From the NCBI RefSeq assembly GCF_018977255.1, contig NW_024704742.1, forward strand, positions 82,028,001 to 82,092,000: a stretch of 64,000 nucleotides of DNA. The letters run 5' to 3'. The notes below the pieces were generated by a model. It did not search any database and had not been told where the DNA came from. It saw only the letters and a list, made by a program, of their open reading frames with translations. The translations under genes and the position numbers were made by a program. This document shows positions 1 to 13,935 of the stretch, in pieces. This DNA is from Callorhinchus milii (taxonomy: Eukaryota). Position 1 is the stretch's first letter. Every line of letters starts with the position of its first letter.

Positions 1-788
1 GAGCCTCATCGTGGCATTGAGACATCTTCACAAATTATAGTGTAAAGTGAATTGTCTATATATTTTGTGGGCAAAATGTAGCAGCTAATTGGGCACAGGA
101 TTGTCCCACAAACAGTCGTGGATTGAGTGATCACATTTTTTGAGGGGATTATTACCCCAGGAAAGTGATCTACCAATCAACTAACAACACCAACAACAAA
201 ATTACATTGGTATAGTGCCTTTCATGTCGGGAGGATGTCCAAGGTCCTGGACAGACAGAGTTTTGGACCCGAATTGAGGGGTGGGGGAAGGGGGAGGCCA
301 GGGGAGGAAGCAGGGAGATCGAAAGCACGATCGAAGAGGTGGGTCTTGAGGTGGGTCTTGAAGGTGGTGAAGGAGGGGGTGAAACAGAGGGACTGCGGGA
401 TGAAGTTCCAGAGGATGAGTGCAGAGTAGTTAGAGGCTCACCCGCCAATAGTGGGGCGAGCAAAAGGCGGGGGACGTGAAGCAGGCCGGAGCCCGCTGAG
501 CAGAGGGAGTAAGCAGGATGGTAGAGGGTTAGGAGGTCGGAGAGGTAGGGGGGAGCAAGACCGTGGAGAGCTTTGAAAGTGAGGACCAGGATTGTGAACT
601 GTATCCTCTGTGTGATGGGAAGCCAGTGGAGTTGGGCAAGGATGGTCACGTAGCCTGATGCTGGATAGGTAAACAGAGTAGTGTAGAGGAAGGAAACTTG
701 CCTAAGGTTTTGCCGCACCCAGGGGTTGAACCCAGGTTTTCCCACTTGCAAGGTGAGGAGTGATGTAACCAATATGCTACAGGACCCC
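1..788 (-). mobile_element. tRNA-derived SINE (long subtype) split by an L2 insertion
   Basis: 3' body at 1-185 and tRNA-like head at ~665-788 (gttgaacccagg...ctacaggacccc), with an L2 fragment between. Confidence 0.75.
186..640 (-). mobile_element. L2-clade LINE 3' fragment
   Basis: Translation LAQLHWLPITQRIQFTILVLTFKALHGLAPPYLSDLL is typical of the L2 ORF2 C-terminus; (TTG)n-type tail. Confidence 0.9.
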
Positions 789-1549
789 AATGAATGGGTA
801 AGCAACTGCAGAAGTGCATTTGTGCACAAATGCAATGTAAATCATGTTACAGAAGCATCAGTTCAGGGGGCAGTTTCAGGAATAGAATTGATGCATCGGA
901 TACAGTATGAATCATGTAGGAGATTAGCTAAGTGTGTAAAATCTCAAAAAGATTAAATTATCTTCAAACTTTTCAAAGTTATAAGATTGTAAGAGAGCTA
1001 TTCTTCAATAACATTAAAAATTGTAACCTGTATTTGGCACTGGTTAGCTCTCCTCCAGTAAATTGCATCTCTACCAGCAGCATTAAAAGGGCACTTATGC
1101 CTTTATTTCTATGAGAAAGTTAAGAATTCATGGTTAATATTTGAATTAGTCAGCAGCAGCAAGTTGTGTATAAAATATTGCAATTCCTGTAGACTGAGAA
1201 TTCTCCTTGACACAGACAAGTATTAGGTGTCCCTTCTGGGCACAATTATAATTTAGTGTATATATAAAAGAGAGACATGTTAAATTATTATGACTGGTAA
1301 AACCTTTGTATAGCACACTTTTCTGAAAACTACACCTCTCCAATTTTCTTTCACAGTGTCAAAACAGATACTTCTTTGACTTGGAAAAGGCAGCAGCTTA
1401 GTACGTTCATGGAACATAAATTCAGTGTCTAGAATAGCATTTCCAACCAATCAGTGCTGTGGTAAAACTAATATAAGCAGAAGTGGACAATACTGCAGGT
1501 GTAATGTGTGTGTGTCTGCGGGGTGGGGGTGTAACCTTTTAGGAGAACA

Positions 1550-1775
1550 GAGGTTTAGAGTTGAAAAGTGCAATTTCTGTATAAACACCAGAATTTTTTT
1601 TACCAGGGAGTAATTAATAGTTGGAACAGGTTGCCAGCAAGGGTGGTTGAGACCAGGACCCTGGGACTCATTTAAAAGCCAGCTTGATCCTGTGATGGTA
1701 GTTTGGTAAGGTGGGTCTTCTGGATAGATGAGATCAGATGGGCTAAAGGGCTTTATCTGAGCCTCTTGTGATGTT
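1550..1775 (+). mobile_element. CR1 LINE 3' fragment, degraded
   Basis: ttttttaccagggagtaattaatagttggaacaggttgccagcaagggtggttga resembles the CR1 ORF2 end (FF..RV...WN.LP..VV); gatgggctaaagggc 3' UTR motif. Confidence 0.7.
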
Positions 1776-3327
1776 CAGTGTGGTAATAAGTCCTGCACAC
1801 TCTGGCGATTTGTGCTTATATTGGGATTTCCATGTTTCAAGTTTTAAATCCCAAATGTAATTAGCCAAATGGGAGTTAGCCAGCTAGTAACCAGAAATAC
1901 TTTTCTTTCTTGCCAACTGATTTCCTGGAGTGGATGGCAGTTCTATATCACATACTCTATTGTTTATAGATCCAAAGGTATGCAGAAGATCTATCGGCAG
2001 ATGCTTTCAGAGCTTATTGAAAAATAATATTTGGCAATCTCTAATCATCAATAAACCTGCCGACCCAGGATAAACCTGTTATAAAATCACACCATTTAGT
2101 CCATAAATTTACTCACCATTTAGAGAATTAACTAAAGGTCCATGTAGACTGAGCAATCTAATTGGAGCACTTTAATTGAATACATTAGAGGGATGGATGG
2201 TAGAGAACTTTTAAAAAATTGCTGCAGAACAATTGTCTGGAACAACAAATAAAGTGATTGTACTCAACAACATTTAAAATGAAGACAAATTCATGAGTTC
2301 CTCTCAATTGAAATTCAGCAATATTCATATTTTTGCTCAAAGGAATTTGCATAGAAAGAATATTTTAACATGTCTCACACGTACTTTAAAGTCTCGCTTG
2401 AATCCTTCGGGCTCTTTTCTCCAATAAAGTGACCGGACGCAACTGTTAAAATCTATCTGCCATTTCTTTCAACAACAACTTGAATTTATGTTGCGCCCCT
2501 CATGCACTGATTTAAAAAACCTAACTTTTGGCATCTTCAAAATAGGATAACAATAAAGAATAGGAAGTGCGGGGGGTATTTTTTTCTCTTGTGACAAGGT
2601 GATAGGTGTGTGGAACAAGAATTACAGTACAGTGGAATTCAAGAGGAATTTGTCAAGCTCCAGTCAAGTAAAAAGGGATTCATGGCTGTTAGATCTCAAT
2701 ATTCAGGGAATCTTGTGGGAACATGAATGGATTGATTGTCTATTTCTGACTCAAATTGTTACTCGGTTACTAAAAGGAGTGGCTAGTTGGTAAGATTGTT
2801 ATCTGTCATTTCATATTTGACTCTGCAGGCTAGCCAAGGAGATTTGTGTCCCGTCGTGGACAGACTCGATTTGAACCCAGATCTTAGAGGGAAAAAGATG
2901 TTAACCCACTCTGTCATGTGGTGCACCTTAACCAACAGTTCTTAATGTGAGATCTTGTCTTCTAGTGCAAAGCACGATACAATTCACTCCCTTATGATTC
3001 TATAAACAAGGTTTACATATTCAGTTTCCATTGTGTGCTTTGTTCTGTGTCACCAATTCCTCCCTTTTCTATGATGGTAACCGGCTATTTTTATTCATAG
3101 TAACAAATAGATAATGCATAACTTCAGTGGAGGAACTAACACCATCATACATTCAATGGGACAAAGCTAAACTTTTCCAAGATTCTAAACATCAGCACAA
3201 AGTTCCTCTATAGTCTGGAATTGTTTTCTCCATCTGTTTTTCAGAGACATTTTTTCCATAATAATAATAATTGATATCTTCAAACTAGGATATCTTAATA
3301 TCTTCCTCTGTTTACTTATCGAACCCA

Positions 3328-3392
3328 GGGATTGAACCCAGGGTCTTCTCGCTTGCGAGGTGAGTGCTCTAACTAATACGCTACAGAACTCC
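3328..3392 (-). mobile_element. Isolated tRNA-like SINE head
   Basis: Reverse complement reads ggagttctgtagcgtattagttagagcactcacctcgcaagcgagaagaccctgggttcaatccc, the same head as the full-length copies. Confidence 0.75.
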
Positions 3393-3614
3393 ATAAGTAC
3401 TCCAGTAGTTACCATGACAGTGGCAATACTGAAGATTGCTGATTAACAAGTCTAATAGGGAGTTGGAAGCATAGGGAATTTGGTCTAGAGAATTATTTTG
3501 ACTTTGGTTTACACTGGCTTGTGTCCACCTAATTATTTCATTTTGATCACCCCACTTTAGGAAGGTGTCAGGTGCATAGCAGATGTACTTTAATGGAACC
3601 AGGGGTGAGTGGCT

Positions 3615-4005
3615 TTCCAATGAGAAGAGTCTGGAGGACCCAGGTCTATTTTCATTGGAACAGAGAAGGTTGATCAGACACCTGATGGAGTCCTTTAAAT
3701 TATGAGATTTTTCAGAGTAGACAGGGAGAAATTATTCCCCATGGTCAGTGAATCAGCGACTAGTGGGCATTGATTTAAGTTAGTTTGCAAGGGAGCAAAG
3801 GGGGAGATAAGAGGATTTGTTTTAACATAGTTATTAGGATGCAAAATATCTTGGGAGGCATGGTTCTCAAAACATATATTAGCTTTGAAGAGGGAATGAG
3901 ATAGATATCCAAAGACGAATAATTTGTATGAATATGGGAAAAAGGCAACTAACTGGGAGCCAGAGAAAACACAATGGTCTCCTGTGCCATAAATTACTAT
4001 GGTTA
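3615..4005 (+). mobile_element. CR1 LINE 3' fragment, degraded
   Basis: ttttcattggaacagagaaggttg (FSLEQRRL) and agagtagacagggagaaattattcccc (RVDREKLFP). Confidence 0.75.
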
Positions 4006-6454
4006 TAAGGATCCTCGTTTATGCCTCAGGATTCATTAACATTCACCTGGAGTATGTCACTGTACTGTACAGAGACTGGTCTCAGCCTTGAATTTGCACT
4101 TATAACCTAAATCACCGCTATGTGTCAGAAACAGTGAGAGTTAACTTTATAAAAGGGCATTTAAGGGGTTTCTTAGTATTCATTGGATGAGAAATATGAA
4201 GCATGTCCCTCGGACCATTTCAGAGACAAGCAGAGCTATGTTTGATATACTGAATTGATACGTTATACAAAGTGCAATTTCTATTCTGGCTATGAAGATT
4301 AATAGGATGCATGGAAATTCATTAAAAACACATTTCTTCGAAGATTAATAATAGTTCCCTGCAGCGGAATGATATTATGTGTATCAGTTCATTTAAAAAA
4401 TATTGTAGGTGTATTTAACAGAAAAATCACTTGGAGAGTCCCAGTATATTTTTGTTCGGCTGCATAATTATAGCTTTCTATAGTCTACTCAGCCATTTGA
4501 CTTATTCTTGTTCTTTTCGAAGACAAGATGATCTGGATATTTCTAATGGTATTCGGTGCATTTCACAGTTCTGTTTGTATTAATTTTCAAAGGGAAAGCT
4601 AGGATCTCCTGGGGGTTGACCAAAAACACAATCAAAGTCTATTTTGGAAGGATGAGATCAAATTGGCTGAAGGGTGTTCTTCATCTAAACTGTTTTTGTG
4701 AAACCAATTTGATGTTACCATTATCCATACAAATTATCTGTATAAAAAAACATAAAAATTCTTCCATCTATATTTAATTGAAACATCTCAAAGTGCTTTA
4801 CAATTACTTGTGATCAATTATAGTGATTGGATATTTGTGCGCAAACACGATAGCCTCTTTGACGTGCTTTTTGTTTGCATATATGGAAGTAGAAGATGAA
4901 GGCCGTTAATTTGGCCTTTCCCATATTTCTCATAACATACCTTTAAGGCAGAGTATATTTGTTTGCCATACAGGATTTCTATTCTGTGTGATCATTGATT
5001 TGGTCTTGTAACATTCACATATGTTTGCTATTACTCTACTAAAATTCACAAAACATATAATTGGATTTTTGTAAAGTTTTTTTGTTTTTAGGTGAAATTT
5101 CACCTGAAATGTATCTGGAGATAGATTGGGTCAGGATGAAAATGATACTGGACGCCAGAATTACTCTGTGTTCTTATGCTTTGCGTTAACCAATTTCATC
5201 CTATGGCTTGGACTTTTGATGATGCTGCAGCAGTTTTGATGAATGCATTCTGGTTCTCATAAATTAATGTTTTATGTTCTAACTGTGTTACCAATACACT
5301 TGATACAGCCTCACAAATGTGTCTGAATGTTTTTTTCCTCCTCCACCGTTCAAGCAATGAATTTGTTTATTGTTTTCAAAGCATAAATGTTTTCACACAC
5401 AAGTCCAGCAATTATACATTTCCTACTTGTTCAACAAGGACAAAACTTATAATTAAACTAATGTGCTGTTATCTTGACAAGATGCTAACAGTAACAGTAA
5501 CTGAGAGTCAGACCTGTGTGCTCAAATGCACAGTCAGTTAAATAACACACTGGATGAATAAACAATCTGGTCTATATTTTCCTCAGCTGATGGGCCATTT
5601 TAAGTAACACTAGCCAGGTTTATAAAGATATTGTCAATGCAGAAAGCAAGACTTTGATTTCATTGAGTTTGAGAAAACAGGTACATTACAACTGTTGGCA
5701 CCTTTACTCGACCTTTGGAAAAAGAAAGATTGTAATGGAATTATCAAAGGTGTTCATTCAGCTAAAGTCACAATTTTACAGGATAGCCATAGTTTGTGAT
5801 TGCTAATATTTTCTAAATAAGGTGTAACTTGATAACAAGAAGCTCACATGTAGTTGGTTATTACATTTGCCTGACTAGATGCACTTATTTAAGATCACAT
5901 ATTGCTAAATGTACATCTTATTATTCAAAATAATAAATCCAAGAGGTTGTGTTTTGTATTCCCCACCTAGCTTTAGTGTATTATTGCAGCTTCCAATGCC
6001 CTTTGCCGTCCAATTTCTTACACCTTTCCTATCCAGATACATAGATCTCATCCATACACAGAGAAGAGATTTAGAGGTAAAGGTTCCCTTTAGCCCATTT
6101 TATCTGATCCTAATAATCCTTGCAATTGATATTGTGCCTTATCACATCTTTGAGACGCCTCAAAGCGCTTCACAGAATATATTGTAAAGTGCTGTGATCC
6201 TAACCCTCTCATCTTTCAGTTGTATGCAAATTACTAAATAAATCCAGTGTGCTTGTCCCTACATTTTTTCCTGGTGACTTGCTCAATCTGTTGATTACCT
6301 TCTTGATTGCATGGTATTTTTCATTGGTATTTCTTTGTGAACTGTTTCCCTGAAGAGGACTCCATTTTGTGGGTGTGGTACAACCTATGTTAAAGCTGGT
6401 TATTCTTCATTATTGTTTATTGTCACTGCTTTCTACAACAGACTAAAACCTATA

Positions 6455-6740
6455 AGAATCCTTGCATTTGATGCAGTGATTTATCACAGCGTCAAGACAT
6501 CTGAAAGTGTAAATCACAGGATTTATGGTAAATTGTAGAGCTGTGTAATTTGTAGGTGAATAGAGCAGCCAATTTGCGCACAAATTGTCCCACAAAATGC
6601 CATGACTGCCTTTATCTCTGGGACTGTTGGCCAGGACAAGGGAAAAATTCCCTTCTCTTTTCGAAAACTGCCATGGGATTGCTAACATCCACCTGAACAG
6701 ACAGATGGGATCTCAGTTTAACATCTCATCCAAAGGATGA
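6455..6740 (-). mobile_element. Older DeuSINE-type SINE (3' part)
   Basis: Reverse complement carries the Deu-like core ctgttcaggtggatgttagcaatcccatggcagttttcgaaaagaga...gtcctggccaac and the shared tail. Confidence 0.8.
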
Positions 6741-8181
6741 ATGTGCAATAATTGCATGTGTTGTTTGCATTTATTTTTGTGGTTTGTGACGGCTTCTTTT
6801 ATTTCTTATTATGGTCCTGTAGAGGATCTTTATGAAAACGAAATGCTGAAACAATGCTCACGATAATGTCCTTTATTCACTGATACACTTGCAGAGGAAC
6901 ATTCTCTTCCAGATTTGCTTCCTGATAGCTCAGGCAGCAGAATAAATACTTAAGCAATTCAAAACCTATTATTGCACTTAGAACTGAGGAACAGCAATTT
7001 AATTTTCAAAAATACACAATTGATGTTCCTCTTTATTACAACTGTTTTAGTCCACTCTATCCAGATTTGATTTGAACTACAAGTAAATTAACTGTATTAT
7101 TTTCAGCATAACCCATTGTTATTTATAACCTTGGGATATAAGGAAGTACATTTTTCATTATTCATAATTCTCGTGGCATTTGTATTCATGCCAGGCTCTC
7201 CTTGAGTAATAGGATGGCACTTTTCTTCATATTCATGCCATCATTCTTCCTGTGCATTACAGTCGGAGGCTCCTTAGGGTGTACAACTGTTTAGTATTCA
7301 GCTGCAGTATTCATTTTGAGTATTAAATTAATATAGAAGTGGAAGTGTTCAGTAATGCAGTGAATGACTTTATTATTCCTGAAAGACAACTAAGTTTAAA
7401 AAAACAAATCTTCAAATAAATGCTTTATAGGGCATGGAAATTTTTTCACTCATGTATATAAAAAAAGATAAAAACAATGAATAGTAAATGGGCCCACTGG
7501 TGTCCTTATCCGAGATTAATGTTGATTTTCTTATATCTTATATGAATACTTGTGGGGAAGGTAAGATGTTGAGCCAGGATTTCTGGTGTGTTGTTTGTCT
7601 GCAGGAGAGTAAGATTTTAGCCTTGATATCTTGTGCCTCTTGACTGCTAAGTGCTTAAGAGCTCTGAAATGCTTCCCCTGTGAATGGTGCTATATAAATG
7701 CAAGTTGTTGTTGTTGATCCTTTCGTTGCTGACATGGATGTCATAGGGCTGCTAATCATTGTGGTTTGAAGTGTAAAACAAATGAAATGGAAAGTTCTCA
7801 AAATGATTTACTATTCAGTAGGTTGCATTTGCCAAAGAAAGCGAGGTTTCATAACCTGTATACTTCATAACAGATCTTAATAACACTTAGGCTGGACCTG
7901 TTGCTCCAGACTCTAGACCTGAAATTTTGTAATGCATACTTCCAAAATTTGAGACTCTGCTCTTATTCCCACAAATACAATGCAACCTTCGTATTTCTTT
8001 ATTTTATTGGTAGTTTTCTTTACTTATTGGTTTCACACATTCTCTATTTTAACCCTGAGACTGCTAACACACATGGCGCATACCAGGACTCTATGACTCT
8101 CTGTGGTTTCATCTCGCGTACTGCGGCAATGAGAGATAGTGATATTACAGGAACCAAGCCGGTGAGACATCAGGATGGCTT

Positions 8182-8515
8182 TAATAATAGTCCTTGCATT
8201 TGTTAATGCCTTTCACTTCAGGTGGATGCCTCAAACTACTTCACAGGATTTTCTGTACACTGTAATGATTGTGTATTTTGCTGGTGAACACGGCAGCAAT
8301 GTTCCACAACCAGCCACGAAGTGAATGTAAATTTTATTTGGGGGTTTGTTGGCAGGACAATAGGAGAAACTCCCTTTTTTTTTCGAGTAGTGACATGAGA
8401 TCTTTAACACCTACCTGAATATGCAGATGGGACCTCAGTTTAATGTTTCAGCTGAGGGATAGCATTTATAACCATGAAACAATCCACTGGCACTGCAGTT
8501 GTCAGCCTGCACTGT
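8182..8515 (-). mobile_element. Older DeuSINE-type SINE
   Basis: Deu-like core and ...tgcaagga tail on the minus strand. Confidence 0.7.
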
Positions 8516-8966
8516 GTGAGCTGGACGTGACATCCATAGAGGATCTCAGAAACACTGAGCTCCGAAGAACATTGAAAAATCTATGTATTTTATCAAACTG
8601 CTTAATTGGAAGCTCTTACATGCCAAAGATAATAATTGTATTGATTGTATTGTATTAATGCTACTTGTGATAACAAGTGATGCCATAACATAAGATCATG
8701 TATTATTTGGGGTTACCCTTCAATATTGTACAAATCAAACAATACAAAAATAACCAGGTGCCAAATACAAAGACATTTTTAAGTTACAAGTCAGTGTAAT
8801 ACAACATAATGCCTATTCAGGTCTCTGCTTCATGTTTTGTGTTAAGAAACAGTCACTTATTTTCTGTATAGAATTGTTTTGAAAGGGAACAGGAAATGAT
8901 GGTTAAATCCAGCAAGATTGTTTCGTTTTTTTATTTATCTCAGCTCCACATGCCTCATCCTTATCC

Positions 8967-9277
8967 TAATGGCATTTTGTGGGACATTGCTGTGCGCAAT
9001 TGGCTGCCGCGTTCGCCCACAAAATATACAGTCAATTCACTTTACAGTGTGTTCTGTGAAGCGCTTTGGGACGTCCTCCCGACGTGAAAAGCACTATATC
9101 AAATGCAAGGATTATTATTATTAATGGCATTTTGTGGGACATTGCTGTGCAGAAATTGGCTGCTGCATTCGCTCACAAAATATACAGTCACTGTAGTTTA
9201 CAGTATATCCTATGAAGCACTTTGGAATGTGCTCCCATGTAAAAGGTAATATATCAAGTGTAAGGATTATTATTATT
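8967..9277 (+). mobile_element. Two tandem SINE 3' halves (young copy followed by older copy)
   Basis: Both begin taatggcattttgtgggacattgctgtgc and end aaggattattatt. Confidence 0.85.
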
Positions 9278-9289
9278 GAGAAAATGTTA

Positions 9290-10570
9290 TCAGTGGAGTT
9301 TTACAAGGGTCTGTTTGGGACCTCTTTGTTCAATATTTTTATAAATGATTTGGAACTAGAAGTCGCAAGCAGAGTGGCTAAATTTGCAGATGACACCACG
9401 CTAATGAAGGTGGTAGATTGCGAAGCTAAACAAGATAGGTTACAGGAGGATTTGAACATACATAATAATAAAATAATAATAATAATAATCCTTGCATTTG
9501 ATATAGCGCTTTTCACGTCGGGAGGACGTCCCAAAGCACTTCACAGAATATACTGTAAAGTGAATTGACTGTATATTTGTGGGCAAACGCGGCAGCCAAT
9601 GGTGCACAGCAATGTCCCACAAACAGTCGTAGATTGAAAATGACCAATTTATTATTGTTTTGGGTTTTGGAGGGATTATTATTAGGCGTGTGGAGTAAGG
9701 AAACTTGCCCAAGGTTTCGTCCTGACCTGCCTGGAATTGAACTCAGGTCTCTCGCTTGTAAAGCGAATGCTCTAACCACTGAGCTACAGGACTCCACGAA
9801 TTGGGCAGATTGATGGCAGATGAAATTCAATGCAGAGAAATGTAAAGTACTTCACATGGGGACAAAAAATCCTGGAATGGACTATTATGTATGGAAAATG
9901 AAAAGCACCTGGGGGTCCTAATTGACAATAAATTGAAACTCTCCAAACAATGCTCTGCGGAGTGAGTAAAGCAAACCAGATGTTGGGATGTATCAAAAGA
10001 TCAATAGTAAGCAGAGATAGTGGGGTAATTCTGCCACTGTCTAAATCATTGGTGAGACCATACTTAGAGTACTATTGGAGAAATCAAGAAGATAGGGAGG
10101 AGGGAAACCAAAATAATTGAGGGAATGGAGGGACTGGACTATGAGGAGCGACTAAGTAAATTGGGCATGTTCGTGCTGGAAAAGAGAAGATTGAGAGGAG
10201 ACATAATTGCTGTCTTTAAGACTATAAAGGAGGTAGACAATATTGATCATGACAGGCTGTTTCAAATTGTCAAGAATAGTAAAACCAAAGGACACAGCCT
10301 GCGATTGAAGGGCGGTAAATTCAGAATGAATCTTTGCCAAAACTATTCCAGTGAGCGAATGGAGCCCGTGGAACAGGCTTCCTAGAGAGACGGTTGAAGC
10401 AGGAAATGTTGATTCTTTGAAACACAGATTAGATCGTTTTCTTTTAGGAAATCACATTATGGGATATAGTACATAGGTAGTTCAGAACATATGTGCATGC
10501 GACCCCCAGGAAGGTGGAAGGCGAATTAGATGAACCTTCGTCTTTTTTCGTCTACCGTTTCTTATGTTCT
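9290..10570 (+). mobile_element. CR1 LINE 3' portion interrupted by a young SINE
   Basis: RT motifs LFNIFINDLE...KFADDT before the SINE; WQMKFNAEKCKVLH and LEKRRLRGDII after it. Confidence 0.9.
9462..9795 (-). mobile_element. Young full-length tRNA-derived SINE (short subtype)
   Basis: Head ggagtcctgtagctcagtggttagagc...gagttcaattcc with A/B boxes; 3' end gtcctcccgacgtgaaaagcgctatatcaaatgcaagg(att)n. Confidence 0.95.
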
Positions 10571-11479
10571 TATTGAGTGTCTCAATCCATTTTCTCTCCA
10601 GAAGGCAGCTACATTGCTTGCTTCAGTTTGTCTTACCTTGGAGCGTATTCCCCTAATCTGTTACTCTTTGCATCAAATGATTCCCTTCTCACTCCAAACT
10701 TCCAGCTTCTGTTCCCTTGTGGTTGAAACCCTTTGCCATAATGAATCATTTACCTGGAATATTTGTGGAAAAATTGGATACAAGCCTAACTTAAGTTACA
10801 TTAACCCCCTCAAAAAAATACAAGTGCACAAGAAATAAATTGAAGAAGAATTAAATAAGAATTTAAGCACTTTGAGACATCCTCCTGATATGAAAGGTGC
10901 TATATAAAGATTACTGTAATTACCTTAAAAAAAAATTTTGTGAGAAATCACAGCCTTTGAATTCCTCCAGTCATTTTGTCCCTGAAGATAAGCATGAGAC
11001 ATTTCTGCTGTAGATAGACTCAAATGTAAGGAAAGAACTAGTAAATTTAGTTTGGTTGTGCTATACAGCCTGCAATGAAGAGAAGCAATGGACAAATACA
11101 CATGGAATGATGTATGGCACATGAGAGCCAAGAGTACTCTTTAGATTTAGTTGCATGAAATGCTTCCCAGCAGTGTTGCAAATGTTGGACTTTGTCCCAG
11201 GGTATGTTTAGTCTCACTTTATTCCAAAACTGCAGTCAGTTTCATCTTTGGAGACTTATAGACCTTTCTAAATCACCTGCCATCATCTTTATTGTATGAC
11301 AGATCCCACCTTATTCATTGCAGTGGGACTCCAGATCATCTCACTTGATAGTTATACAATCTGTATCTTTCAACAAGATAGTTAATCAATAGTGATTGTA
11401 TTTTAACAGACTGACAAAAGCAGAACAATTTCAAGATGAAGGAAACTCTGAGTAAACAACGAGAATTTTAGACATTTTG

Positions 11480-11895
11480 ATTTCAAGATTCTCACATTCA
11501 CCTACAAATCGCTTCATGTCCTGACACCTCCTTACCTCTCCAACCTGCTTACACCCCACTCCTCTACCCACTCTCTTGCTCAGCTGGCTCCTACCTTCTG
11601 CAAGTCCCTCGTCTCTCTCGCTTCACCATTGTTAGCTCTGCTTTCAACCACTGTGCCCAAAATTTGGGAAATCCCTGCATCATCCTTCCATCTCTTCCCT
11701 TCAGATTGAACCTGAAGACCTTCCTCTTCGTTTGTGCCTATGGACATCCACCTGACGTGAAAGGCGCTACACAAATATAATTTAATATTGTATCTCTCCT
11801 TTTCCCCCAGCTCGGCGTCAAACCCGGCCATTGTTAGACAGTTCGACGTATTACCCCTTGTGAAGGGCGTTATATAAATGGAAGTTTGATGGTGT
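11480..11895 (+). mobile_element. L2 LINE 3' fragments
   Basis: ttcaagattctcacattcacctacaaatcgcttcat (FKIL..TYKSLH) and L2-type tails. Confidence 0.75.
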
Positions 11896-12399
11896 TATAG
11901 AAATAAATCTGTGAAGAGAGATTGCGACTGATTTGGTTAAAATTAAGAGAAAATAATCAAATATATAATTTCTGTAAAATGTTAAAAATAAGGCTGTAGG
12001 ATTTTGTGACTCTCAAAACTGAATTTTAGATATTTTGCACACATTTGTTTCTTTTGCAACTGACACGTGTACCATTAATATTAATCTTTAATTGAACTTT
12101 AATGACACAAATATAAAAAGAGTGCACCAATTTGCATAATTTTGCTATCTTCCAGGCATACTCACAACATATGCAACATTTATGAGTTGCACCATTGAAC
12201 GATTATATATAGAAAATTCTCTTGAGTCGCTGGAGAACTGTAACAGATAAGTGCACTTACAGAACTATATTTCTCCTGTTTCAATGTTATGTTTTTTCAC
12301 ATTCTTTTGTGGTTATGCCAGGCTTCAAATAGTACAATTAAACAAGTACAGGAAGGAGGTTTAGAACTGTGCAAATTTTTTTTTACCGATTGGTCAGTC

Positions 12400-13100
12400 A
12401 AGTACATTTGCACCAATTTCGCCCTGTCCAACCCATCATTGGCAGACAGGCTTTCAGCCATTCTGCCCCATTCTCTGGCACTCCATCCCAGTGTCCCACT
12501 CTGACATTCTCCATCCGTTACTCACCTTGTTCAAGACGAGTCTTAAAATGTACCTTTTTGACCGGTCACCTTTTCCTTCTCTACCCTTTTCTTATGAATT
12601 AACCCCATCCCAGACCTTCACCTATGTCTATGTTACTTGATGTCTCTGATGCCATGTTCACTGGCTTCTCCAGCTCCACCATCCACAAGGTCAAGATTAC
12701 CCTGTATTCTGTATCTACTGCAGAGTGCTAGATAATTTTGATGCTGGTGACCATGACCCCCATTCGTTTCAAGCTCCATTGATTCCCTGTACTCAGCAGA
12801 TCAACTTTAAGATCTTCATTCACAAGATAGTGTCATTTCACTTACAGTATATTCTGTGAAGTGCTTTGAGACATCTTGAAGATGCGATAAAGCATTATAT
12901 CAAATGCAAGGATTATTATTATTGTTCATCCTTCACTTCAAATGCCATCATGGTTTTGCCCAACCTTATGTCTGTAATCTTCTGTGACCACGCCATCAAC
13001 TCTCGCCTGACTCATGCCCCCGCTCCACCCCTCCTTTGGCAGACACGCTTTCAGTCAATTTGCTTCTGCATTCTAGGATTCTCTTCCAAAGTCTCTCCAT
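12400..13100 (+). mobile_element. Degraded L2 fragments with an embedded SINE tail (12830-12925)
   Basis: ctccattgattccctgta...tttaagatcttc (LHW.P...FKI-like); SINE tail ending caaatgcaaggattattatt. Confidence 0.6.
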
Positions 13101-13794
13101 CTTCCCCATACTATACAATGTGTCATCAGTTAGACAGTCTATAATAATAATGTAGTCAACAGCAAGTCAACTTCCCCAAAAATACCTTCAACACATTTAT
13201 GTAACCATCTAAAACCCTGGAACATGTTTAGATTCCATTTCCCTTTTGAAAACCTTTATTATCTTTACTTAGATACAAATACAGTCACAAGATTTAAATA
13301 AGTAAATCTTGTGAAGCGCTTCGAGAAAATGTGTCAAGTTGCTTGAAACAACTCAATATTCCCTACTATCTGGATTTTCCTCTCCTTGTCCAATAATGAA
13401 AGACACAGTTAACCTACACTGGAAATTACACAATTAATCACAAGGAAGTTTATTGTAATGCCAGACTACACCAAATCCTAGAATCATAGAAATTTACGGC
13501 AAAAAAGAAGGCCATTCGGCTCATCGTGTTTTTGTAACCAATCCTGTATACACTGCTGCATACCGAGCATCAGCACAAAAGCCTATCCACTGTCTACTTA
13601 TATCATAGCTTATTGTGTCCTCAAAACAGTGACACATATGTTTGAGAACTTACTATTCCTTTAATGTTCGCAATAAAAGAATAGATTAAAAAATCAATCA
13701 ATTATTTAAAACATTCCAATTAATGTTGTAGGTTTGTCAATGTGTAGGAAATCTTTGGCTGCAATTTATCTTAATTACCTATAGGCATGCTCAT

Positions 13795-13935
13795 ATGCAC
13801 GATCACTCAGACAGACATACTCACATGGATACAAACAGACTTTCACACACAGATATACACGTAGACACACTCACAAACACACACACACACAGAAACACAG
13901 ATACACACATAGACGCACATACAGGCACACACAAA
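13795..13935. repeat. Degenerate (CA)n microsatellite
   Basis: acacacacacacacagaaacacagatacacacat pattern. Confidence 0.9.

Noticed and set aside
815..834. Perfect 20-bp palindrome tgcatttgtgcacaaatgca
   Set aside because: Isolated, and not very improbable in 64 kb of AT-rich DNA.
170..835. 221-aa ORF, the longest in the track
   Set aside because: Chimeric read-through of a SINE head and an L2 3' fragment; not a gene.
2410..2442. ASGHFIGEKS resembling the neuromedin B/GRP motif GHFMGKKS
   Set aside because: Lacks the Trp, the Met and the GKK amidation signal.
9720..9795. tRNA-like sequences with A/B boxes (also at 3328, 15650, 54249, 60463)
   Set aside because: These are SINE heads, mostly attached to SINE bodies; not tRNA genes.
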